Source: Candidatus Latescibacterota bacterium (GTDB lineage: Bacteria; Latescibacterota; UBA2968). From it: a stretch of 64,000 bases of DNA. The number at the start of each line of letters is the position of its first letter. The stretch's first letter is position 1. Of this stretch, positions 19,401 to 28,680 are shown one piece after another. The notes under the pieces were generated by a model. That model was not told the DNA's origin. It did not search any database and worked only from the letters and a program-made list of their open reading frames with translations. The stretch is from assembly GCA_965222605.1 (NCBI GenBank), contig OZ244960.1:1-64000 (forward strand), in the 5' to 3' direction. The translations under genes were made by a program, and so were the position numbers.

Positions 19401-19610
19401 ACAGAGCAGAGGCGGACACCAGGAAATGTTGACCAAGCCGAGGTTGCGCTGTCCTATACACAGGTGGGCAATAGCGATTGGGAACGCCTGCCCCTCGAAG
19501 TCCATCTCGAACACGCACAGACAGGACAGAATCGCCTCTTTGTGATTATTGAGGATCTCGTCGCGGGAACACAGGTGGCAAAGGATACTTTTTTTCACTA
19601 TATTCGATGA
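16413..19610 (+). CDS. GWxTD-domain protein with two N-terminal CsgG/FlgO-like domains and TPRs
   Basis: RFWRAKNP...NERQLVHYERV...WDRRGEVYIRYGEPD; TPR block; repeated LTGS...LKLINLQTG.IVW type motif. Confidence 0.82.
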   Translation: MRILLRRKIFYLACFYVLGVLLLPVRVFSQPPATFRLAIAPFYSPYNGDYGVYIADRIAYELHRRAYVPALGRARFVLIETDVPTKEIDQADRQLSPTLRESLSKRVPATYLLTGSVAFTGIYLIKLKLINLQTGVIVWTGEIRDNPAWVWTRANRSVGEIPAAEARSSLGFAEMETPVPAPEAERLPHHILMQPLHTTDYLPLATDCEMHLKNAIQRDGLFSLVPGALKGTQGRERFFRISPDLRRQASETTLAEAILTGSLLVLGKDGATDNIGLVLRLIEVETGKILWMGASTGRRVWRWDKMADIVSATMSRLGEDLSQYGAGAAEMQIAVLRDQAKDGQSWSMLGHAYLERGLLKQADEAFEKAMTFSDAPAQARAGKGLVLLRRGGYFDDGVQALRSAIRSDPDYLDAYSFLAQALLDQGMVDGVKIAEKAIRRDSTYLPPYRVLGDWYADSEDHQRARAFYQAYLTRNPDAEVAVRLGRSLLQLKNYRDIDRFVAPIAREKPEASHLLPIMAIKALRVKRYEESTQLFERFLAQIDARERQLYDDIRVLLSEEEIGAYHALNDEEKKKYVARFWRAKNPNLSSAYNERQLVHYERVWIARWAFGRENYLWDRRGEVYIRYGEPDYRARSGWVSSLPSTRVQEVKEKVYRDLYRDPNESELIGPVFPIRSDRRFAVERESEVLDIPDQSTFGPVEGRRTETSRSDPSQEAYAPVTIQHDRSIVPWESWVYTEVDGGMVIDFTRELGGVSGFDFAPIPPIPPTMLRDNIRLAEHAPAIRYKNATVSQTDDFRKAPRLPLGTFYFDLADFRGSAGKTRVDIIYGIPLANLLAVTDGQQPQVVLEHAVALADSAYRVVYRYAQKVQHFVDTSNVATREVVDITRQDVPAGMYHLTLTVTDAMTARQGVLALDVAIDDYSEKRLHISDLMLVKSLSDTLRNMRFRRGNWQVVPNPRRTVRAPNHLAFYCEVYNLSKDEFGQTRYRVTTAVKATETEQRRTPGNVDQAEVALSYTQVGNSDWERLPLEVHLEHAQTGQNRLFVIIEDLVAGTQVAKDTFFHYIR

Positions 19611-19653
19611 GGATGTATGAAAACAATCCGCTTGATTTTTTTAGGCCGACTGA

Positions 19654-19682
19654 TTGACAGAAAAGCGTGTATTGCTTAAGTT
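19654..19682 (+). promoter_or_regulatory. Putative sigma70 promoter
   Basis: TTGACA-17bp-TAAGTT upstream of the 19701 gene and the ruvX-mltG-pcrA cluster. Confidence 0.45.
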
Positions 19683-19700
19683 TATCTGAAGGAGAGGAAA

Positions 19701-20039
19701 ATGGAAAAGCCAGATTTTAGCGAAGATGATCGCATATTGTCCGTTTTGATGGACAATGCAGATATTGAAGCGTTTAGCAATCTGATGGAGCACGCACACG
19801 AGCAAGGGGTTAGTGCGGCTGATTTTATCCGCGAAGAACCCAGGCGCACCTCTCGAAAGCGCATTCGCAAGCTCTGCCTGAAAAACCGCAAACGATCCCT
19901 GCAGGTGATGTTCCAATCCATTATCAAATCGCTGTGGGATCGCCCTGTTACTGACACAACGGCTGCCGAATCCCTGTATAGGATGCCCCCACAATTTGGC
20001 AAACCCCACCGCAATGGTCATACCAACAAAAAGGAATAA
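19701..20039 (+). CDS. Hypothetical protein
   Basis: Strong RBS (GAAGGAGAGG), 112 aa, no recognised motif. Confidence 0.6.
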   Translation: MEKPDFSEDDRILSVLMDNADIEAFSNLMEHAHEQGVSAADFIREEPRRTSRKRIRKLCLKNRKRSLQVMFQSIIKSLWDRPVTDTTAAESLYRMPPQFGKPHRNGHTNKKE

Positions 20040-20041
20040 GG

Positions 20042-20218
20042 GTGAATAATCCACTCATTCTTCGAGCGCATATTGACGAAATAGAAGCCCTTAGAGACAA
20101 CCTGCTACCATCTGCAAAACGCGGACAGGCCGATGCGCGCGAACTCGCGGTAGCCCTCCACAAAGTTGCTATGGAAAAGCGCAATCGTTTGCGAGGCCAT
20201 ACCGATGGGCAACCCTGA
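20042..20218 (+). CDS. Small helical hypothetical protein (58 aa; not in the ORF track)
   Basis: AAGGA RBS, GTG start, MNNPLILRAHIDEIEALRDNLL...; fills the gap to ruvX. Confidence 0.5.
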   Translation: MNNPLILRAHIDEIEALRDNLLPSAKRGQADARELAVALHKVAMEKRNRLRGHTDGQP

Positions 20219-20232
20219 ATGTGGAGTAGTGA

Positions 20233-20643
20233 ATGGCGCGTATTTTAGCCGTTGACTTTGGCAGGCGCCGCATGGGACTTGCGGTATGCGATGAATTGCA
20301 AATTTCTGTTCGGGGATTGCCCACGCTCAAAGTTCAGAATTTCAATGACAGTGTGGCACAGGTCGCAAAGTGTGCAAAGTGCGAGGTCGTTGAGGAAGTG
20401 GTTATTGGCTTGCCTTTAAACATGGATGGTAGCCGCGGAGAAATGGCGCAGGTCACAGAAAAATTCGCTTCCCAACTCGCCGTTTTGTGCAATCTACCGG
20501 TTCGCACGTTTGATGAGCGGCTTTCATCGGTGGGTGCAAAACGCGAATTACAGGCCATGCATACAAAGAAAAGCAGAGGAGAAGTAGATCGCCTGGCTGC
20601 TGTATTAATTCTCGAAACCTATTTGCAACACAAAGGAAGATAG
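20233..20643 (+). CDS. ruvX: YqgF/RuvX nuclease
   Basis: ILAVDFGRRRMGLAVCD, GLPLNMDG, DERLSS, DRLAAVLILE. Confidence 0.95.
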   Translation: MARILAVDFGRRRMGLAVCDELQISVRGLPTLKVQNFNDSVAQVAKCAKCEVVEEVVIGLPLNMDGSRGEMAQVTEKFASQLAVLCNLPVRTFDERLSSVGAKRELQAMHTKKSRGEVDRLAAVLILETYLQHKGR

Positions 20644-20649
20644 ACCATT

Positions 20650-21675
20650 ATGAAACGGTTTCTCTCTATTTTAAGCATTGTGCCAATTGTGTGCGTTTTG
20701 GGTGCTTGCACGGGAATTTTTATTTTTAATCGGCCAACCGGAGTGGGGGAGAAAGAGGTCGAGATTCGACACGGGGCAACGGTTAAACAAATCAGTCAAC
20801 AACTCTATCGGAAACGCCTGATCCACAGCCCGCGCCTGCTGCAGTTTCTTGCACAGCTCAATGGGAGCAGTCGCCGCCTGAAGGCTGGTATTCATCCCCT
20901 CGACGGTCAGATGACGACCTGGGAGGTTTTGCTCGAGTTGGAGCGTTCACGCGATGTCACGCAAAATGTCACGGTTCCCGAGGGTGCGCGGAAAACACAG
21001 GTTGCGGCGATCTTAGCAAAAAAATTGAATCTCGACGAAAAAAAATTGCTGTTGTTAATGAACAATGCCGCTTTTTGCAAATCCCTTTCCGTACAGGCCA
21101 AAGACCTCGAAGGCTATTTGTTCCCTGAAACCTATAATTTTCCGATAACAGTATCAGAACAACAGGTTCTGCGCAGGACGGTTGAGCATTGTCTCACTGT
21201 TTTTGATGAACGGCTTCAGAGACGCGCACATGAACTCGGAATGAGTCTTCACGAGGTGCTCACGCTCGCATCTATTATCAAAGGGGAAACCAGTTGGAAT
21301 TCCGAGCGAGACACAATTGCGGCGGTCTATCACAATCGCCTTAAAAAAGGCATGCGCCTACAAGCCGATCCCACGGTGCAATATGCTCTTCCCGGTGAAC
21401 CTCGGCGACTATTTTATAAGGATTATAGCTACGATTCACCCTATAATACCTATCGACATGCGGGATTGCCGCCCGGGCCGATTAACAGTCCTGGGCGCGC
21501 ATCTATCGAGGCTGCACTTTTTCCCGCTGATGTCGATTATTTGTATTTTGTCGCTACCGGCGAAGGCGGCCATATTTTTACACGCACTTTACAAGAGCAC
21601 ACGGCAGCCAAAAAAAGGACCGCGTCTGTACGAAAAAATACCTGGGGAAAAAAGAAACTGGTAACAGAGGATTAG
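20650..21675 (+). CDS. mltG: Endolytic transglycosylase MltG
   Basis: LEGYLFPETY, NRLKKGMRLQADPTV, SPYNTY, GLPPGPI. Confidence 0.95.
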   Translation: MKRFLSILSIVPIVCVLGACTGIFIFNRPTGVGEKEVEIRHGATVKQISQQLYRKRLIHSPRLLQFLAQLNGSSRRLKAGIHPLDGQMTTWEVLLELERSRDVTQNVTVPEGARKTQVAAILAKKLNLDEKKLLLLMNNAAFCKSLSVQAKDLEGYLFPETYNFPITVSEQQVLRRTVEHCLTVFDERLQRRAHELGMSLHEVLTLASIIKGETSWNSERDTIAAVYHNRLKKGMRLQADPTVQYALPGEPRRLFYKDYSYDSPYNTYRHAGLPPGPINSPGRASIEAALFPADVDYLYFVATGEGGHIFTRTLQEHTAAKKRTASVRKNTWGKKKLVTED

Positions 21676-21697
21676 GGGCCTGGGGCACCTTAAATTT

Positions 21698-23869
21698 ATG
21701 TCTTCGATTCTCGACGGATTAAATGAAGCACAGCGCAAAGCTGTGCAGGCCGTAGATGGGCCTGTGCTCATTCTCGCGGGGGCCGGGTCTGGAAAAACGC
21801 GCGTTTTGACGCGGCGCATCGCTTATCTGTTGAGTGAATGCGGTGTTGATCCGCGCCAAATTCTGGCGATGACTTTTACTAACAAGGCCGCGGGAGAAAT
21901 GCGCGAGCGCGTCGAAGACTTGCTGCATCGTTCGTGCAAAACCATGTGGATTGGTACGTTCCATAGTTTATGTGCGCGTCTTTTGCGAGCGCAGGCCGAA
22001 CGGGTAGGACTGCGGTCCAACTTTACGATTTACGATACAACAGATCAACTCGCGCTTCTGCGACGGGTTATTGCCGACGAAGAACTTTCTGAACGCGATT
22101 TTCCAGCGAGACTGATTCGCACGCGAATCAGCCAGGCAAAAAACCAGATGGTGGGGGTCGATGTGTTCGTCCAGCGCGCGAGTACATTTCGGGAACAAAT
22201 AATCGCGCGAGTTTTTCGTCACTATCAGGATGCCCTGAAACAGAATAATGCCGTTGACTTTGACGATTTGTTGACATTGAGCGTGGAGTTGATCCGCGAT
22301 CACGAAGATATGCGCCAAACCTATCAGACGCAGTTTTCACATATTTTGATTGACGAATATCAGGATACCAACCGCCCACAATACCTTTTTGCGCGTTATC
22401 TGGCCGAAGTTCATCAAAATATATGTGTTGTTGGCGATGACGATCAGAGTATCTATGCGTGGCGCGGCGCAGATATTCGCAATATTCTCGATTTTGAAGC
22501 CGATTATCCCAACGCGTTTGTCGTGCGTCTGGAGCAAAATTACCGTTCGACACAGGTTATTCTGGATGCCGGCAATGCCCTGATTCGCAACAATGCGGGG
22601 CGCAAGGGAAAAGAATTATGGACAGATCGCGCGCGTGGCGAGAAAATCCGTTTGAAAAGATGCGCCGATGAAGCAGAAGAAGCCCGCTGGATCGCCGGCA
22701 TAGCACGAGACTTTAAGCGCGCGCATACCTACCGAGATATGGCAGTGCTCTATCGCACCAATGCACAATCTCGCGCCCTTGAAGAAGGGTTTAGACGCGC
22801 CAATATTCCGTATCAAATCGTGGGGGATGTACGATTTTACGAGCGCAAGGAGGTCAAGGATGTGCTCGCGTATCTCAAATTGGTAGTCAATCCGCGCGAT
22901 TCCATCAGTTTTTGGCGCGTGATTAACACACCGCGCCGCGGCATTGGAGCCACATCTGCGGGACGTCTTGATGAGTTCGCCATGCGCGAGGGGCTTGCGC
23001 CCTATCGGGCACTTGCACATTTAGACGTTATTGATACGATTCCGAAGCGCACAGCCCACGCGATGCAGCGGTTTTACGACATGATCGAGGGGTTTCGCGT
23101 GGATATGGAGATAATACCGGCGGATGAACTCGCGGCAAAAATTGTCGATGAAACTGGATATTTGGGTGATTTTGAGAAACTCGTGCCAGAAGAACAGATG
23201 TCGCGAAGAGCACATGTCGCGGAATTGCTGGCGGATATTCAGATTTTTGTCGAACAGTCGGACGATGTCTCTTTAGAAGCGTATTTGAGGAAAGTTTCGC
23301 TGGTGACAGATGTGGATCAGTGGGAAAACGCCGCTGATGCGGTCACGCTGATGACCCTGCACAGCGCCAAAGGACTGGAATTTCCCATTGTATTTGTTAC
23401 CGGTCTCGAAGATGGGCTATTTCCAATTTTGCGACCCGCCAGCGACGAGGGGAATTGGGATGATGCGTTAGAAGAAGAGCGCCGTCTTTTTTACGTGGGC
23501 ATTACCCGCGCCCAGGACCGGCTCTTTTTATCCTATGCAATGCGAAGACAGCGATATGGCGGCGCGGTAACCAGTTCGGCCTCGCAGTTTTTGTCCGAAA
23601 TACCCGAAGACCTGCTCGATGCCGGTTTTAAGATCAGTGAGGTCAGTAGTGTTCCACGCCGAAAATCGGGCCGAGAACCCGCCCGACGGGTCAACCCGGG
23701 GGAACCGTTTTTAATGGATGTCGGATCCTGGGTCGTGCATCCCGCCTGGGGCCGCGGACAAATTCAGAGCCGCGCTGGATCGGGACAAACGGCCAAGCTC
23801 AAAGTGCGATTCGATGGTGGTGCCGTCAAGACACTCATAGTCGAATATGCCAACCTTCAGCCCGGATAG
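21698..23869 (+). CDS. pcrA: UvrD/PcrA ATP-dependent DNA helicase
   Basis: AGAGSGKT, DEYQD, VGDDDQSIY, TLHSAKGLEF, EERRLFYVGITRA, C-terminal Tudor-like domain. Confidence 0.95.
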   Translation: MSSILDGLNEAQRKAVQAVDGPVLILAGAGSGKTRVLTRRIAYLLSECGVDPRQILAMTFTNKAAGEMRERVEDLLHRSCKTMWIGTFHSLCARLLRAQAERVGLRSNFTIYDTTDQLALLRRVIADEELSERDFPARLIRTRISQAKNQMVGVDVFVQRASTFREQIIARVFRHYQDALKQNNAVDFDDLLTLSVELIRDHEDMRQTYQTQFSHILIDEYQDTNRPQYLFARYLAEVHQNICVVGDDDQSIYAWRGADIRNILDFEADYPNAFVVRLEQNYRSTQVILDAGNALIRNNAGRKGKELWTDRARGEKIRLKRCADEAEEARWIAGIARDFKRAHTYRDMAVLYRTNAQSRALEEGFRRANIPYQIVGDVRFYERKEVKDVLAYLKLVVNPRDSISFWRVINTPRRGIGATSAGRLDEFAMREGLAPYRALAHLDVIDTIPKRTAHAMQRFYDMIEGFRVDMEIIPADELAAKIVDETGYLGDFEKLVPEEQMSRRAHVAELLADIQIFVEQSDDVSLEAYLRKVSLVTDVDQWENAADAVTLMTLHSAKGLEFPIVFVTGLEDGLFPILRPASDEGNWDDALEEERRLFYVGITRAQDRLFLSYAMRRQRYGGAVTSSASQFLSEIPEDLLDAGFKISEVSSVPRRKSGREPARRVNPGEPFLMDVGSWVVHPAWGRGQIQSRAGSGQTAKLKVRFDGGAVKTLIVEYANLQPG

Positions 23870-23925
23870 AATCCCCTTGATTTCGCGGAATCATTTATTT
23901 TACTCTTTATCAAATACTAAACACT

Positions 23926-24204
23926 ATGTCTGTTTCAAAAGATGATGTACGAAAAGTGGCGCAACTTGCGCGCCTAAATTTTGCGCCGGAAGAAGTAATC
24001 GATGATTTGAACCGCATGCTCGAATATGTTGCGGCACTCAATCAACTCGATACAACAGAGGTCTCCCCAACAGCGCATGTACTCCCCCTGGAAAATGCGT
24101 TTCGAGACGATGTAATGGGGCAGTCCTTGGACCGGTCGGACGCGCTGGCGAATGCCCCGCTTTCTGGGCGAGGCCACTTCCGCGTCCCCAGAGTAATTGA
24201 ATAA
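23926..24204 (+). CDS. gatC: Asp/Glu-tRNA amidotransferase subunit C
   Basis: VRKVAQLARL, LDT..V.PT, RDD, NAP....F.VPRVIE. Confidence 0.93.
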   Translation: MSVSKDDVRKVAQLARLNFAPEEVIDDLNRMLEYVAALNQLDTTEVSPTAHVLPLENAFRDDVMGQSLDRSDALANAPLSGRGHFRVPRVIE

Positions 24205-24264
24205 GCACAAGTATCGGCGGTGAACTCCCGCCGATTTTCTTTTGTGAGACACAGGGAGGGCAAT

Positions 24265-26052
24265 ATGAAAAAAAATGATCGCGAGCCAAAATACATCGTG
24301 GTTGCCGGGGGGGTGATCAGTGGCGTGGGGAAAGGACTCGCCACGGCTTCTATCGGTAAAATTTTGCAGTACTACGGCTATAAAACCACAGCCATAAAAA
24401 TTGATCCCTATTTGAATTACGATGCCGGAACACTCAGGCCCACAGAACACGGTGAGGTGTGGGTCACGGATGATGGGGGTGAGATTGACCTCGATTTGGG
24501 CAACTACGAGCGGTTTCTCGGCCTGGATTTGCCCCGCACAAACAATCTTACGACCGGGCAAATTTACCATGCGGTTATTGAGCGCGAACGCCGGGGCGAA
24601 TATCTCGGGCAAACCGTTCAGCCAATACCTCATATTACCGACGAGATCAGAGAGCGGGTTCAGCATGCTGCACAGGGATCCGATATCGCGCTGGTTGAAA
24701 TTGGTGGCACCATTGGCGACGATGAGAATATCCCATTTTTCTTTGCGATGAAGGGCCTGGAGCGGGAAATTGGCGAGGCCAATATTATGTATGTGCTGGT
24801 TAGCTATTTGCCCGTGCCCAGCCATATCAACGAGATGAAAACCAAGCCCACGCAACACGCGGTCAAACAGCTCAGCGGACATGGCATGGTACCCGACTTT
24901 ATTATTTGCCGCGCCACGCGACCGATTGATGAGGTGCGAAAACGCAAAATTGAGGTCTCGGCCAATATCCCAAAAGATCGCATTATTTCTGCGCCAGATT
25001 TGGATATCGTATATCAGGTACCGATCCATTATGAAAGTGAGCAGGTAGGTGTTAAGATGCTCGCACACCTGGGGTTGAAACCTAAAAAAGAACCCGATTG
25101 GACGCGGTGGACGCATTTGGTGCAGAAGATTCGCCAGCCTTCACAGACGGTTAAGGTGGCGATGGTTGGAAAATACGTCGAGATTGGCGATTACGAATTT
25201 ACAGATTCATACATTTCTGTGAACCAATCTCTCGAACACGCCGGTGCCAATTTGGATACGCGCATCGACATTTCCTGGATTGATTCGGCCCGCCTCGAAA
25301 TGGGAGGGGCCGAAGATGTGCTTGGAGGCTTTGATGGCGTTATTGTGCCGGGGGCCTTTGGTGAAGGTGGGGCCGAAGGGGTGATTGAGGCCATTCGCTA
25401 TGCGCGTGAAAATGGTCTGCCATACCTCGGGCTGTGTCATGGGCTTCAGATGGCTGTTGTTGAATATGCGCGAAATGTGGTGGGATTAAAAGATGCCAAT
25501 TCGGCTGAAAATGATCCCGATACGCCTCACGCCGTGATCGATATTCAGATGAGCCAACGGGAAATTATTGAAGAAAGTCGTTTTGGCGGTACGATGCGTC
25601 TGGGGGGATATGTGGCCGTACTGCGCCGCGAGAGTGTCGTGCTCGACCTGTATGAACGCACGGGACGCCTGGAAGAAGACGCATGGCGCATCAATCAGTT
25701 GAGGAAGAACCCGGCTGAGGCTTTTCGCCTGGGTGTTCTCCTCGACAGCGAGCGCGGTGTGATTGAACGCCATCGGCATCGCTATGAAGTATCGCCCAAA
25801 TTTGTCGATTTGCTCGATGAATTTGGCCTGATTTTTTCCGGGTATCACCGCCGAGAGGATGGCGCCAAACTCATGGAATTTGTCGAGTTACCAGATCATC
25901 CTTTTTTTGTAGCTACGCAAGCCCACCCCGAATTCAAGTCTCGCCTTGAACAGCCTGCCCCTTTGTTTTACGGTTTTGTAGAAGCCGTTGTCGCTCATAC
26001 AAAAGCACGAGTTGGTGATGCGGATGCGTCGGTTGCTAAAAAAAGTGTCTGA
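24265..26052 (+). CDS. pyrG: CTP synthase
   Basis: GGVISGVGKG, DLDLGNYERF, KTKPTQ, GLCHG, ERHRHRYEV, HPE; GGAGG RBS. Confidence 0.97.
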   Translation: MKKNDREPKYIVVAGGVISGVGKGLATASIGKILQYYGYKTTAIKIDPYLNYDAGTLRPTEHGEVWVTDDGGEIDLDLGNYERFLGLDLPRTNNLTTGQIYHAVIERERRGEYLGQTVQPIPHITDEIRERVQHAAQGSDIALVEIGGTIGDDENIPFFFAMKGLEREIGEANIMYVLVSYLPVPSHINEMKTKPTQHAVKQLSGHGMVPDFIICRATRPIDEVRKRKIEVSANIPKDRIISAPDLDIVYQVPIHYESEQVGVKMLAHLGLKPKKEPDWTRWTHLVQKIRQPSQTVKVAMVGKYVEIGDYEFTDSYISVNQSLEHAGANLDTRIDISWIDSARLEMGGAEDVLGGFDGVIVPGAFGEGGAEGVIEAIRYARENGLPYLGLCHGLQMAVVEYARNVVGLKDANSAENDPDTPHAVIDIQMSQREIIEESRFGGTMRLGGYVAVLRRESVVLDLYERTGRLEEDAWRINQLRKNPAEAFRLGVLLDSERGVIERHRHRYEVSPKFVDLLDEFGLIFSGYHRREDGAKLMEFVELPDHPFFVATQAHPEFKSRLEQPAPLFYGFVEAVVAHTKARVGDADASVAKKSV

Positions 26053-26557
26053 GGTTCTGTTATGCGCCCTGTGCGCCTGTGCGCCTGTTGAGCAGATGGA
26101 GCAGGCCGTGGATGGCGTGCCGGTTAACCGAGAATTGTGGCACTGGTCCACGCATATTACAGATCGCGGCAAATCCCGAGCACAGGTTCGAGCCGGCTCT
26201 TTTCAACAGGTGTCGGAAGATGAACCTGCGCGGTTTTCCGATGGGGTTCAGGTCGTGTTTTTTAATTCCCAGGGCGATACGGTTTCCACGCTGAAGGCTG
26301 AACGGGGCAGAATTAACGCATCGGGCGACGATATGCAAGTGTTTGGATCCGTCGTGGTGGTCGCGCGAGACTGCACGCAGTTGCAAACGGATTCGCTGCG
26401 CTGGCAGCGCGATGAGGATCGCATTATGGGCGAGGGTTATGTGAGAATTTCCCGGCCCGATGGCACGGAGACAGGGGTGGGTTTTAATGCTTCGTCAGAT
26501 CTGAAACAGTGGACGCTTTTGTTTGTAAATACGCGGATGAGACGCAAAGAGCCGTGA
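26018..26557 (+). CDS. lptC: LPS export protein LptC
   Basis: Position between pyrG and lptA/lptB; beta-jellyroll pattern STLKAERG...LQTDSLRW...GVGF. Start uncertain. Confidence 0.8.
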   Translation: MRMRRLLKKVSEVLLCALCACAPVEQMEQAVDGVPVNRELWHWSTHITDRGKSRAQVRAGSFQQVSEDEPARFSDGVQVVFFNSQGDTVSTLKAERGRINASGDDMQVFGSVVVVARDCTQLQTDSLRWQRDEDRIMGEGYVRISRPDGTETGVGFNASSDLKQWTLLFVNTRMRRKEP

Positions 26558-27867
26558 AAAATATCAGACATTATTTTCGTTTGCGACCAGAACTCCGGGG
26601 CTTTCTCGGAGTTCTGCTTATATGCACCTGTGCGGGGGTAAATGCCGAGCAGAAGCTCAGTGCAGATTGGGTAGAAACGCTACTATTGAACGATCAGACA
26701 CAGCGCAATTACCGCGGAGGCGTGGTGTATGAAGACAGCTTGCGCCAACTCATTGTAAAAGCCGATTCTGCACATGTGCGCGTTGGGGATGCGACCTATC
26801 TTTTTGTACATCAAGTGAGTTACAAAGATACGGTGCGAGAAATTCGCGCCGATACACTTATTTTTCAAGACCGCGAAGATCTCGCGACGTTTCGGGGGCA
26901 CGTCTTTCTAAGCGACGACCAGCGCACGCTTGAGGCGCGTATCGTGCGGTTTTTAAGCAAAGAGGATTCGCTCATTGCCGAGGGTGATGTCGTCCTTCTA
27001 TTGCCCCAGGGCCGAAGGCTTCGCGCTTCCCAATTGCGCTACGATTTGATCCGCGAGCGCGGAAATCTGCAGGGACAGACGCAGTTACAGGTAGTAGGGG
27101 AATACGGCGATACCCTCGAGGCACAGTCCGATTCCATTGCCTTTGTCAATCGCGGGCAAGAACTCTTTCTCAATGGCAATTTCATCTTGCGGCAGGGATA
27201 CACACGTGGGAAAGCCTTGTCTGGCACGTACGTGGATTCTGCAATCGTCCTTTCTGGCAAGCCTCTGATGACCTGGGCCAATCCCAGTAACCGCGATTCC
27301 GTTTCTGCACAGGGCGCGAAAATTCTTATGGAAATATCTGATCAAACCATCGGTGCGTTGGTGCTTTCGGACAGCACGCTCATCCATGCTATGGTTCTTG
27401 CCGATGGTCATTCGCAAAAAATACGCTCAGATTCCGCTCGGATTGTCTTTCGGGACGAGACTCCGCAACGCATGCACGCCTGGGGTGATGTGATACTCGA
27501 TCTGAGCGAGCGAGATACGTCGCGGGCGGTGCTCTCTGGCGGCGATCTCAGATTGGCCTATAGAGATGGAAAACTGGATAGTTTGATACTGTCTGGTGGC
27601 TGCACCGGCTCTTATGTTGCTCAGGACAGCTTATCGGAAAGCCGCCTGGGGGGCAAGCGGTGTGTGTTGTGGTTTGCCAACGGCGAGTTAGACCAGATGG
27701 CAATTTCCGATGAAGCACATTGCACGCGGGTCACCCAAGATAGCGACGATGTGACGGTCTCCGGGGATTATCTCCTTCTGAAATTTGCCCCCGGACAGTT
27801 GACATCTATCCGAGCTGAAGGGGCTGTGCGAGGTCACTATACCGCTGAATTGGAGGATGCGCCGTGA
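26554..27867 (+). CDS. Long OstA/LptA-like multi-jellyroll protein
   Basis: Signal peptide, repeated beta-taco motifs (ADSA, A.G.V); lies between lptC and lptB. Confidence 0.7.
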   Translation: MKNIRHYFRLRPELRGFLGVLLICTCAGVNAEQKLSADWVETLLLNDQTQRNYRGGVVYEDSLRQLIVKADSAHVRVGDATYLFVHQVSYKDTVREIRADTLIFQDREDLATFRGHVFLSDDQRTLEARIVRFLSKEDSLIAEGDVVLLLPQGRRLRASQLRYDLIRERGNLQGQTQLQVVGEYGDTLEAQSDSIAFVNRGQELFLNGNFILRQGYTRGKALSGTYVDSAIVLSGKPLMTWANPSNRDSVSAQGAKILMEISDQTIGALVLSDSTLIHAMVLADGHSQKIRSDSARIVFRDETPQRMHAWGDVILDLSERDTSRAVLSGGDLRLAYRDGKLDSLILSGGCTGSYVAQDSLSESRLGGKRCVLWFANGELDQMAISDEAHCTRVTQDSDDVTVSGDYLLLKFAPGQLTSIRAEGAVRGHYTAELEDAP

Positions 27868-28589
27868 ACCTGAGAGCCGAGGGTTTGGTTAAAAAATACG
27901 CACGGCGCCTGATTGTCGATCAGGTCAGCTTGATTGTCAATCCCGGTGAAATTGTCGGTCTCTTAGGGCCTAATGGCGCGGGGAAAACCACGTGTTTTTA
28001 CCTTATTGTCGGCGCAATTTCGTCAAATGCTGGACACATTTTTTTAGGTGATCGGGACATCACCACATTGCCCATGTATCGCCGTGCCCGCCTGGGCATT
28101 GGTTATCTGGCGCAGGAATCTACGGTTTTTAGAAAGATGACCGTTCTGGAAAATATCCTGTCCGTTCTCGAATATGGGAAAATGAGTGAGGTAGAGCGCG
28201 CAGAGCGCGCTCGCAAGGTATTGAAAGACCTGGGAGTTGGACATTTGTCTCACCAACGCGCAGATAGTTTATCGGGTGGCGAAACGCGCCGACTGGAAAT
28301 CGCGCGAGCACTCTCCCGAGATCCGCTCTTTATGCTGCTTGACGAACCTTTTGCCGGCGTGGATCCACGTGCAGTTGAAGATATTCAGAATATTATTGCC
28401 GAGCTGAAACGCCGAAATATCGGGGTTTTGATTACCGATCACAATGTGCGAGAAACTTTGGCGATTACTGATCGCTCCTATTTGCTCTCTGAGGGAAAGA
28501 TTCTCCTATCAGGTACACCCCGGGCATTGGCAGCAAGCGACAAAGCGCGTCGCATTTATCTGGGCGACCGGTTTCGCCTCGATTCGTAA
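27864..28589 (+). CDS. lptB: LPS export ABC ATPase LptB
   Basis: GPNGAGKTT, LPMYRRARLGIGYL, DEPFAGVDP, ITDHNVRETL, YLG..F.L. Confidence 0.96.
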   Translation: MNLRAEGLVKKYARRLIVDQVSLIVNPGEIVGLLGPNGAGKTTCFYLIVGAISSNAGHIFLGDRDITTLPMYRRARLGIGYLAQESTVFRKMTVLENILSVLEYGKMSEVERAERARKVLKDLGVGHLSHQRADSLSGGETRRLEIARALSRDPLFMLLDEPFAGVDPRAVEDIQNIIAELKRRNIGVLITDHNVRETLAITDRSYLLSEGKILLSGTPRALAASDKARRIYLGDRFRLDS

Positions 28590-28680
28590 CAAATTGGGAA
28601 AAAGGGTTTACAACCCTCTCCGTTATTTGTTATTATTTAAAGGTGTTCCTTTCTCTTACTGAACACTAATGAGGACAAAA

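Noticed and set aside
21265-21295. MltG inactivation (ASIIKGE instead of ASIIEKE/EGE)
   Set aside because: The second Glu, which I take to be catalytic, is retained and the other motifs are intact.
23974-25116. 380-aa antisense ORF, and similar long shadow ORFs (147-1073, 17295-17951, 47494-48171)
   Set aside because: They lie opposite well-supported genes, have no recognisable motifs and are expected codon-bias shadows.
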